In this document: piece by piece, positions 29,515 to 37,949 of the stretch
Layout of the letters: each line of letters opens with the position of its first letter
Numbering within the stretch: position 1 is the first letter of the stretch
Assembly: GCA_965214835.1 (NCBI GenBank)
Contig: CBDCCK010000002.1
Span: 1,280,001-1,344,000 of the forward strand
Direction of reading: 5' to 3'
Source: Nitrosopumilaceae archaeon
GTDB lineage: Archaea; Thermoproteota; Nitrososphaeria; Nitrososphaerales; Nitrosopumilaceae
DNA: 64,000 bases
Notes under the pieces: model-generated
The model's database searches: none
Seen by the model: the letters and a program-made list of their open reading frames with translations, nothing else
Told to the model about the DNA's origin: nothing
Position numbers and translations under genes: made by a program

Positions 29515-30265
29515 TACGATACCGCATCGAGTACGGCCTGAACCGCATTCTCCTTTTGCGCCGTGGTGTCAAAGGAGTATGCAAACCACCTGCGCGAAAA
29601 GGCATCAAGTACGTTGAAGCAGTAGCACCAGCCGTCCCCGTCGCAATCCACATATGTAATGTCTGCCTGCCACAGCCGGTTGGGGGCGTCGGGCCTTGTC
29701 GGCCTGCGCGAGGCCCGCATTATGTCGTTTTTGGTCTTTTTGGGCTCGATCCAGCCCATCTGGCGGTAGATTCGCCGTACCTTTTTGCGGTTTATGCGCA
29801 CGCCAGTCTCGCGCAATATCTGGTTTGCCATCCTCCGGGTTCCGTACGTCGGCCTTTTCTTGCCTATGGCACGTATGATTGAGACCGTCCCAGAGTCGGC
29901 TTTTCTGGTCCGCCTATCGGCGTACTTCCTGGCGTAATACCAGGTGCCCTTAGACGCCGCAGTATTTCAGGGCCGTGTTGAGGCTCATCGTCTGGTGGCA
30001 GATCTGTACGGCATTCATCCTTTGCTCAGCCCCATTGTTTTTTTTAAAGCGTCACAGGCCACTGCATACTCGCCTATGATGCGTTTGAGATCCTGGTTCT
30101 CCTTTTGCAGTGCAGTCACTGCCTTGTCATTCCGGCCCAGGATGGATGCCTTGCCGCCCTCGACGAACCTGTCCATCCACCTGCCAAACGTGGTGGGCGC
30201 GATGTTGTGCTTGCGGCACAGCTCGGCAGTGCTGATGTTGGTCTTGATGGACTCCATCACTATGT

Positions 30266-31681
30266 CAGTACTTCCTAGATGTACTTTTGCAGACCCGACA
30301 CGGCACCTCCGCTACTTTCCGCGATCGTTTACAAACGAGTCGGCCGCATCGACAATGCACGCGACAAACAGCATCATGGTAAACCCCTTCCCTCCTGCAA
30401 ATCCGTCCCACTTGGATTCCACGTCTATGAACACGGCAGTCCTCCACAGGTTGTACAGTATGACAGACATATAGAACAGCAGCAGCCTGACGACCGGGGA
30501 ATTGCTGCACGTCTTGCCCATTATCCCCTTGATCACCCTGAACCCGGTCTCGATTCCCCACCGACTGCGGTACTCCTCCGGTATCTGCTCAATGACTGCC
30601 TCTGCACTTTTAGCAGACATGTTGGTGGCAAAGACCAGATACCTGTCGGCTATGGTCTCTTCTGCCTTGTCCTTCTTTGCTGCTGCCGTGCCGTCCTTTT
30701 CTACCTCGTCCTTTTCCACAATGACTAGCCTGAATGTGGCGCTCTTGCCGTCCTTGTTGGTCATTGTATATTTTGATACCGCACCGCGTTCTCCGCGGTC
30801 ATGCTCCTCTATTGCCGCCACTATCCTCCTGTTCTTGACGGCAGGCATGATGTAGCTGCCCGTGCTTGTTTCTGCAGCCCTCATGCAGTCCACGTTAAAG
30901 AACCCGCGGTCATACAGGAACGTCTTGATCCTCATCCCTGATCTGGACGCCTTGCGGATCATTTTAGGCACGAAATCGGCCAGTTTTGCCTCTTTTGGAA
31001 GCTGCAGCGAGGAAAGCACGAGGTCAGACCCGTCATCTGATCCTATTCCGTGCATGGTAATGTGCGAGAGAAACGTCGACGTGCCGTTCTTGGGCTTTGA
31101 CTTTCTGGCGATATCCTCCAGGCCCTTGCCATAGTATTCCACGTCGGTAACGTCCACTGCCACGACGTCCGTGTTGTGCAGCATGCCTGACCTGCGGGCG
31201 CACCTTACCGTATGCTGCAGCATGGAGCTGCACCACTTTTGCGCATCATCCAGGCTGACGCCCCGGATCGCCTTTAGGATCCAGTCCGGACTAGGCGTAC
31301 GGCAACTATACGCGCCGCCCTTGGAGGCAGCCCCGTCGTCATGCTGCTGCCTGCTGCATTTTGAGGCCCGCCTGCGAAGGTGCGTCACGGCAGATTCTGC
31401 AAACATCCTCCTCTCAGACATGAAATATAGAACGCGCAGTGCGTCGATGTGGTCATACACTGCGTTGCGACTCTTTGAGACGGCCAGCCCGAGCTTGGGA
31501 AACCGCCGTCGCAATGTTTTAAACTGTCTCGATGTTATGTCAAACTGGTGTGCAAACACGTCGTTTTGTGTTACTGACATGATGATGGTTGGCACACCGC
31601 CTGATCTATAGTATGATGGTCAAAAAATCTCGGCAAATTGCGTAATTATCGTGCCTGCAAAAGTACATCGAGGAACTACTG
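30266..31681 (-). mobile_element. ISH3-family element, apparently intact
   Basis: 27-bp TIR CAGTACTTCCTAGATGTACTTTTGCAG / CAGTAGTTCCTCGATGTACTTTTGCAG; 4-bp TSD ATGT. Confidence 0.92.
30312..31595 (-). CDS. ISH3-family DDE transposase
   Basis: AVDVT, YDRGFF and YRSRWGIETGFR motifs; uninterrupted 427 aa. Confidence 0.9.
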   Translation of the reverse strand: MPTIIMSVTQNDVFAHQFDITSRQFKTLRRRFPKLGLAVSKSRNAVYDHIDALRVLYFMSERRMFAESAVTHLRRRASKCSRQQHDDGAASKGGAYSCRTPSPDWILKAIRGVSLDDAQKWCSSMLQHTVRCARRSGMLHNTDVVAVDVTDVEYYGKGLEDIARKSKPKNGTSTFLSHITMHGIGSDDGSDLVLSSLQLPKEAKLADFVPKMIRKASRSGMRIKTFLYDRGFFNVDCMRAAETSTGSYIMPAVKNRRIVAAIEEHDRGERGAVSKYTMTNKDGKSATFRLVIVEKDEVEKDGTAAAKKDKAEETIADRYLVFATNMSAKSAEAVIEQIPEEYRSRWGIETGFRVIKGIMGKTCSNSPVVRLLLFYMSVILYNLWRTAVFIDVESKWDGFAGGKGFTMMLFVACIVDAADSFVNDRGK

Positions 31682-31931
31682 ATGTCTGTCTTTTCGGCCA
31701 ATGTGAACTTTTGTTTTTTCATGCCCCGTATGCCCTCCTGTCATATACAAATTCTACGCATTTGGGTGGTTCGAATTTTATGGGGTCCTCACTACGCCTT
31801 TCCGAGCTGTGCAAAAAGCCCGACAGACTCAGGATGCATAAAGTGGGAGGAGGTTCTGCTGGAGTAATGATGCGTGATCGGCAATACGCCAGAGATGATC
31901 TGATGGGGGAGCCTTGCGCAGCTTGCCGTGG

Positions 31932-32159
31932 TTAAAGGAACAACCTCTTGGAGCAGATTTTGTAAATCAAAACTGTCAGTAATGCCATGCTGACTGCAAG
32001 CAGAGCCAGCGCGGCTGGATTCTGTAAAATGTATGACGGGCCAAAGGACAAGGAGTCTAGATGGATTTGATGCGCCAGAGACAGCGAGCCTGCTCCGGCC
32101 AATACCAGCCCGCAAAAACCAAGTATCAGCCGGGGATAAAAAAAAGAACGTGTCAGCAT
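31932..32159 (-). CDS. Small two-TM membrane protein
   Basis: ATG 3 bp after the upstream stop; two hydrophobic segments. Confidence 0.55.
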   Translation of the reverse strand: MLTRSFFYPRLILGFCGLVLAGAGSLSLAHQIHLDSLSFGPSYILQNPAALALLAVSMALLTVLIYKICSKRLFL

Positions 32160-32162
32160 GTG

Positions 32163-32939
32163 TTACCACACACCGTATTCGAAATCCATCTCGACACTAT
32201 ACCAGATTGTGCCCCCGTGAGGATTGTCAAACGCATGGTTGCCTCTTCTGTCTCCATGGCCGTTCAAAAACACGGTTTCGGTCACGTGTCTAACCTCGCC
32301 CTGTTGGAACTCATGAGGGATAAAGCACCAATGCATGTAAAACGGGCTTGCTTCCCACGTCACATCAACTGTGTCTGGTCTGATAGGTGCCTGAAATAAA
32401 GCATGGTTAAGCGTCGCACATCCGGAATATATATCGTGTAGTGTCAGGGTGGGCGGCGTGCCATGCTCTCTGTCATACAGATCAATTCTTGCACTGCTAG
32501 GTGTAGAGGATCCAGAACCTGCACCTGCCGCTTCACTGGGAATGTCGGTGAAAACCTGGCGTATGCCAAGACCGTTGTTTACCAGTTTGTAGGTCGAGTT
32601 ATCAATTGCAGTTATCCTGAATTTTTCAGATGATATTTTTTCGCCGTCGATCCGGGTTGTGGGCTTTACTGCATATTTATCATCGGTAATTTCACGCACT
32701 ATTGTTGTGACAGAGTATGTTTGGTTTGCAATAGGACGTTCGGCTACCGTTTTTCCCGGATCAGCGGTTAGCTCCTTCATGTATTGAATCATGACTGGAT
32801 CATAGATGGGTTCTGTTTGACTTGGTTCATGAACGGAATCGTCTTGTCTTGGTGCATGTGCGAATGCGCTATTCATCCCCACAGGAGCCAACAAGGTTAG
32901 TGCCAAGAGAGATGTTGTGTATTTTGTTTTGCTGTTCAT
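32163..32939 (-). CDS. Secreted protein of unknown function
   Basis: Signal peptide MNSKTKYTTSLLALTLLAPVGMNSAFA; Gly/Ser linker; distinct C-terminal domain with two Cys. Confidence 0.75.
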   Translation of the reverse strand: MNSKTKYTTSLLALTLLAPVGMNSAFAHAPRQDDSVHEPSQTEPIYDPVMIQYMKELTADPGKTVAERPIANQTYSVTTIVREITDDKYAVKPTTRIDGEKISSEKFRITAIDNSTYKLVNNGLGIRQVFTDIPSEAAGAGSGSSTPSSARIDLYDREHGTPPTLTLHDIYSGCATLNHALFQAPIRPDTVDVTWEASPFYMHWCFIPHEFQQGEVRHVTETVFLNGHGDRRGNHAFDNPHGGTIWYSVEMDFEYGVW

Positions 32940-32949
32940 GCTCTCACCA

Positions 32950-33321
32950 GTCACTATACGCCTTTGTTATATAGCAATTGATATCAGCTTACGGTATGCC
33001 TTTTGCGCACGAAACGAGCAAGGATCCGGGATCTGCCCACGCAGGACAAAGCAAAGAAGCCTTACTTCCCAGAACGTGTTACGAAACGGGATGGAGCTGG
33101 TACGCAAGATTGCAGCCGTGGTCTTTCTCCAGGTCACCCTGTGGAAGATGATCAGGAGACATGCAAAATAGCGCAAAACAGATCCGCCGGCGGAGACCGC
33201 TGTTTCACGGGCGATCCTTCCGACACCCCTTGACGAGTACGGGATCCTACTGCTCGTTTCGTGCGCAAAAGGCATACCGCAAACCGATATCAATTGCTAT
33301 ATAACAAAGGCGCATGGTGAC
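32950..33321. promoter_or_regulatory. Inverted-duplicated promoter arms (32950-33027 and 33242-33321)
   Basis: About 80-bp near-identical inverted repeat; each arm holds a TATATAA box about 30 bp upstream of a divergent gene. Confidence 0.8.
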
Positions 33322-33331
33322 CTGTAAGAAC

Positions 33332-34305
33332 ATGGGAGAGAAAACAAAACGCATAATATCGCTTCTTGCACTGGCACTTCTGATTCCGATCGGATTGGCA
33401 AGCGCGCAGGAGGTATCGGGCGGAGAACAGGAGCCGGCAGGCCCTGTCGGAACCGTGGATGAGAACAGTCCTGAACAGGACAATGTAATATTGAGGCAGA
33501 TAGAACCGCAAGAGTTTGTGGGCCAGCACACGACCGACGTAAGACCCATCTGCAGCTACCTGTATGTCAAGTACACGTATTCCAGCGACGGGTTGGAGCA
33601 CATGGGGATAGACCACGTCTTTCGTGAGGAAGTCCTTCCGATCCCGGACACGGTATCCAACGAGGATGTTTCGCGATTCGGCGACGATCCAGTTACAAGC
33701 CAAAACTATACGCTGAACCTGATCCATGGAGACGATATTTCCGCGTTTGACAGGATCCTAGTTGACGGCGCGGAAGTATCCACGCATATGTTCCAGCAGT
33801 GGGAGATCGTAAAGACCGAAAGGGATGACACACAGCCAACCAACATGAGCTATCGGCAGGTATCGCACACCGAGGACTGGGCATCAACATAGATGGAACT
33901 TGGACAGTGCAGGACGAACACTATATCGACTACCTAGGAGGAATTTGCAACCAGTACCACATCAGGGCATGGGAGATCAGCAACAGTTCTATGATAGGGT
34001 CTGCGCACAAGGAAGTCACGAATATCAAGTTTCCATGGGACAGCATCGACATTCAGCACATCTACAGCTCCGGGCCCAACTATACGGAATATGACATCGA
34101 TACTATTTTAGGCTTGTATCATTCCCTGAGTGGATTTGATAGTGCAGAAGATGAGGCCGCAGGTGAGTTCTCCGGCAGCTGCTGGAGCACGGCACAGGAC
34201 TCGCATCATCTTGGAAACCAGTACCCTAGGAATACGATAAAGAACGACACTGTGGAGAACACCGCCCATAACGACGGATACGCAACAGTCATAAGCTGTT
34301 CATGA
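33332..34305 (+). pseudogene. Secreted protein paralog, frameshifted near 33860-33890
   Basis: Signal peptide MGEKTKRIISLLALALLIPIGLASA; ORF 33314-33892 continues in another frame (GINIDGTWTVQDEHY...) to 34305. Confidence 0.65.
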
Positions 34306-34590
34306 CCCATTTTTTTTGAATTGCTGAGCAAGCGGGGCTTTCTGACATGCAGTCTGGTGGCTACACTACCATTCATCACGACCTTTCTCATAATCGCTCC
34401 GCTTAAACCGTGGGTAGCGCTTTTTCTCTTGCCGTATACGCTGATAGTCTCGTTCTTTGGCATTTCTGTTGCGGCGGTATCGCTTCTGAACAAATCGGAT
34501 CGTTTCACGCTGACATGCTCTTTTGGGATATCGGTTGCATGCTCAGGTTCAGTATATGCCTACGAGGTAACCTCGATTCATTATTTTTAG
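34302..34590 (+). CDS. Small three-TM membrane protein (T8 tract frameshift after ATG 34302, or TTG start at 34321)
   Basis: ATGA overlap with the upstream stop; three hydrophobic segments. Confidence 0.55.
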
Positions 34591-34619
34591 TCAGCTTTTG
34601 TCTTTTTTCATACTCAGGT

Positions 34620-34916
34620 TCAGTATATGCCTACTCGGTACTTTCGTCCGATGCACTCTATTAGGTTTGCTAGTGCACGATTCATGCCGCCTGCAGACTC
34701 GAATGCCTCGCAGGTTCTGGGCCACATACTGCCCGTGGACTCGCAGACGGCCTGGCAGTTCTTTCCGCCGTAATTGAGCTCTGCCTTCCTGGCAAACAGG
34801 CATGCCTCCTTGGAGGTGTTATCATATGCCGTCTCTTCCAGGATCCTCTTTTTGCCGTCCATAATGCACGCTACGCATCTTCTCTTTCCGATGCCTGTTC
34901 CTATGCTGTACTGCAT
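34620..34916 (-). pseudogene. IS110-family transposase N-terminal remnant
   Basis: MQYSIGTGIGKRRCVACIMD...YDNT.KEA...CESTG; homologous to 21767-22211. Confidence 0.82.
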
Positions 34917-34942
34917 CTTTTCTCGCTTTCCTCTTTTTGGTG

Positions 34943-35098
34943 GATCAGATGCTGCACATGTCCATCGGCACGCCGTGGTGCATGAACACTGCAGCTCGGA
35001 ATTACCGCATTCAGAAGTCAGCGCGCAGGGCGCATGGGAAGACAGCGGTTGATCCACACCACCACCGCTACGGGCCCGGGCGTTTTAACCCGTGTTCA
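34943..35098 (-). ncRNA. Candidate IS110 bridge RNA, second variant
   Basis: Colinear with 22250-22399; covarying hairpins. Confidence 0.6.
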
Positions 35099-35274
35099 GA
35101 AGTATCACGTCAAATTATCCCAGGCTTGAAACAATTCAAACGGGGCTGGCTGCAGATCCGCATGTCGTCTCCTGCACCATCACGAGTCTGTTGCTTCTGG
35201 GAAGGCTGATCCGGCCACTTTGATTTATATGTGATTCGGAAACCGCTTTTTTACTAGAGAGGCTATGATGTGAC

Positions 35275-35559
35275 ATGAGCAATCCGGGCCAATTATTAAT
35301 CACGTATTCAGATACCAGAAAACAGTCAATGCGTGATTATGACAAAGACAATTGTGCAGCCTTGAACCACCTGATCAAACTAATCATGATAAAAAACAAC
35401 ATTGCTTTGGAAAAAATATCCAAGCCAGAAGACAACATTGCCGATCTTGTGATTAGTTTCTCTTCCAAGGATCAAAAAAGCTTGGATGCCTTGCATCAGG
35501 CAACCAAAGAATTGGTAAAAAAGAAGGTTGGCGCAAAGACAATTGAGATTGCATCCTAA
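35275..35559 (+). CDS. Hypothetical protein (94 aa)
   Basis: AT-rich ORF with ATG start and an upstream TTTATAT box. Confidence 0.55.
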   Translation: MSNPGQLLITYSDTRKQSMRDYDKDNCAALNHLIKLIMIKNNIALEKISKPEDNIADLVISFSSKDQKSLDALHQATKELVKKKVGAKTIEIAS

Positions 35560-35595
35560 GCCCCCCGTCTGACTAATGCTAATTGGGGAATCAGA

Positions 35596-35823
35596 TTGGA
35601 AAGGTGGCTGTATAGAATCAAAAATTACGAGAAAAAAGACAATGAAATAATAATTGACAATCTAAAAGACAGCAAATACATAATTGAAAAAGTACGTTAT
35701 CGCGACATAGAAGAGGATCCTGGAAAAATTAACTCTGTAGAGTTTAACATCGAATTTGAAGATGACGAGCATAAAAACACTGCTTGTGAACTGATGTCTT
35801 TTTTTTTCGCCAAAAGAGATTGA
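35596..35823 (+). CDS. Hypothetical acidic protein (75 aa)
   Basis: AT-rich ORF, co-oriented with its neighbours. Confidence 0.5.
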   Translation: MERWLYRIKNYEKKDNEIIIDNLKDSKYIIEKVRYRDIEEDPGKINSVEFNIEFEDDEHKNTACELMSFFFAKRD

Positions 35824-35827
35824 ACAT

Positions 35828-36088
35828 GTGCACAAAAAACCCCTGAGACTTAGATCCAAGCTACGACGCTATGCCAAGCGACGAATCATCGAGGTTCTTG
35901 CAATATATCTTGGCACTGTCGGAGCATTGCAATCACAGGCTGTAACTCTGGTTCAGATTGAGAATAAACTGGAATTTTCACTACAGGACGGATTTTGGCT
36001 GAATTTTGTATGGGCCGGACTACCGGCTGTGGCGTATTTTGTTGTGGGCTTGCGAAATCTTGAGAAACGTTATCTTGTAGATGATTGA
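35828..36088 (+). CDS. Small two-TM membrane protein (86 aa)
   Basis: Basic N-terminus followed by two hydrophobic segments; 4 bp from the previous stop. Confidence 0.55.
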   Translation: MHKKPLRLRSKLRRYAKRRIIEVLAIYLGTVGALQSQAVTLVQIENKLEFSLQDGFWLNFVWAGLPAVAYFVVGLRNLEKRYLVDD

Positions 36089-36724
36089 TTCGTTGGAGTG
36101 TATAGCATCATTCAGAATAGACTTTATGCGTAATCGGTGTAGATCTTGGATTATTACGAACAAATCCGTCTCATTCAGGTCGATTACGCATAAAGTCTAT
36201 TTCAGTCCGGCGAAGATCCAGGTTTCATGTCCCGAAGATTGCACAGAACCCATCTGCAGCATGTTCATATATGCGCGGGTTGTTGTCAAGATCGCGGCAC
36301 TGTCTGGATTTTTGTTTTCCCAACGAAAACCACGGGGCCGCACCGTAATTGATCTGTTTGCATTTGCCAGTGTTGTCAGGACGGTCTGAATTCCTTGATT
36401 TTCTGCCTGACTGGGGTACTTTTCACTTAGCTGGAGTCCGGCAAAGGTAATCACGTGACAACTCCCCTATTACAACGAGTTCGTCGAGTTCTGCAGCGAG
36501 CACAGAATGCATTACTCGCTGGCTATTGAGACGCCGAGGCGCCCATGATTGCGTTGAACTAGGAGGCTCCAAAAACGATCAGGAAAAATGGCCCAAAATG
36601 GGTGAAGAGGGACATCAATGACTGGCGAACATGATTTTCACATAACACATTGTCTGGCCAGCAATGGAGCATGACCTCACACATCACGCGACAGTCTTTT
36701 TAGTAACATGTCCATAGTCCTACC

Positions 36725-37669
36725 ATGATCAGATGCCTTGCTACAGCAGGGTTTTTCCTCGTTCTGGCTGCGGCCTTTACTGCCGTAGCACATGCGGAGG
36801 TACCGCCCCCGCTAAAGCAGCTTGCAGCCGGCGTCTCTGCTGAGGACATCCAGTGCAACCATGACAGGATCCTTGTGATGCGCGACGGTGGCTCCCCTGC
36901 GTGCGTGTATGCTGAAACCGCGCAAAAAAAGGGCTGGCACATGGTAAATGTAGCAAGCACGGCACCGTCGGTTACCGACTACGGTGAAGTCCACGAGGCC
37001 GTCATAAATTCGATTCTGATGGGAGATGTAGGAGAGCCGCTAACACTCAACGTGACCATGATCAACCACACCCCGGAAGGCTCGTGGTCTCCCTCCCTTG
37101 GACAATTTGTCGACAAGAACTTTTCGCTGAGGATAAGAGCGCCGGACTCTTTTGAGGTGGACGAGCACCAGGAATACTTTAGAGGCATAACGGGAGCAAA
37201 TTCATGGCCACCTGACTATTCGGTATATTTCGGGATCGATGAGAGTGCCGACAGGCTTGACATGGAAAGCCTGACATTCACCCCCACCGAGGCCGGCATA
37301 TACTCAATGAACATACAAAACAAGACTGCGACGGAGAGAGTCGGGCATTACTACATCTGGTTTGTAATCGGCGAGTCGGACTCGTATTGGTCCTACGACG
37401 AGCCCCCAAGGCCGGCGGCCCCGCATGAACCCCAGACACGCAGAGCCAATCCCGACGTGACCATGACTGCCGTGCAGCTTACCGACCCCGAGGTAAGGGA
37501 GTTTTTGCAGAAGCTGTCTGCAAGGCACGGTACTGAGGTCACACTTGACAACGTACCGCAGTACATCTCCGAGGACGACGATGTCTACCTCATGAAGAGC
37601 GCCGAGAATGTAGACGACAGGTGGGAGGAGATACTACTGCTTTTCAGGGACGTACCATACCATGGATAG
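36725..37669 (+). CDS. Secreted protein with the thaumarchaeal PLKQ...C...SPACV...GW module
   Basis: Signal peptide followed by PPLKQLAAGVSAEDIQC...GSPACV...KKGW. Confidence 0.8.
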   Translation: MIRCLATAGFFLVLAAAFTAVAHAEVPPPLKQLAAGVSAEDIQCNHDRILVMRDGGSPACVYAETAQKKGWHMVNVASTAPSVTDYGEVHEAVINSILMGDVGEPLTLNVTMINHTPEGSWSPSLGQFVDKNFSLRIRAPDSFEVDEHQEYFRGITGANSWPPDYSVYFGIDESADRLDMESLTFTPTEAGIYSMNIQNKTATERVGHYYIWFVIGESDSYWSYDEPPRPAAPHEPQTRRANPDVTMTAVQLTDPEVREFLQKLSARHGTEVTLDNVPQYISEDDDVYLMKSAENVDDRWEEILLLFRDVPYHG

Positions 37670-37949
37670 ATGGTTGGGTTTTTTTGCTATCCTGCTGGCA
37701 GTGCCTCTTAGCGACCACGCCCTTGCAACCGACATGTTTGGCACAATGGGACTTGTGAACATAGAAGATGTCAGAGGGGACGGCTATTTACAGTAGTTGA
37801 AAATGTAACCCCCTTTTTAAGTGTCTGATTGTTTTGAACAAATTGATATGATTTTTTGTAATAGGTTAGCCCCTGCCTAGAGTTAAAGTCACACCCACCG
37901 TCTTTTCAGGCATGAAAATCACAACTGCAGGCAGATTAGTGCAGGATTG

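Larger units (their letters stand above)
27845..31796 (-). mobile_element. IS3-family element disrupted by two nested IS
   Basis: orfA MKKQKFTLAEKTDI|VMESIKTNISTAELCRKH is split by ISH3; A8 run at the orfA end; orfB WQADITY | TDNGSQY...IESFHGSIKRE is split by IS630. Ends approximate. Confidence 0.85.

Noticed and set aside
34542-34634. 22-bp direct repeat CTCAGGTTCAGTATATGCCTAC
   Set aside because: Probably a small duplication at the junction of a decaying gene and an IS110 remnant.
36197-36454. ORF as a functional gene
   Set aside because: Looks at best like a degraded transposase C-terminus; cannot be supported.
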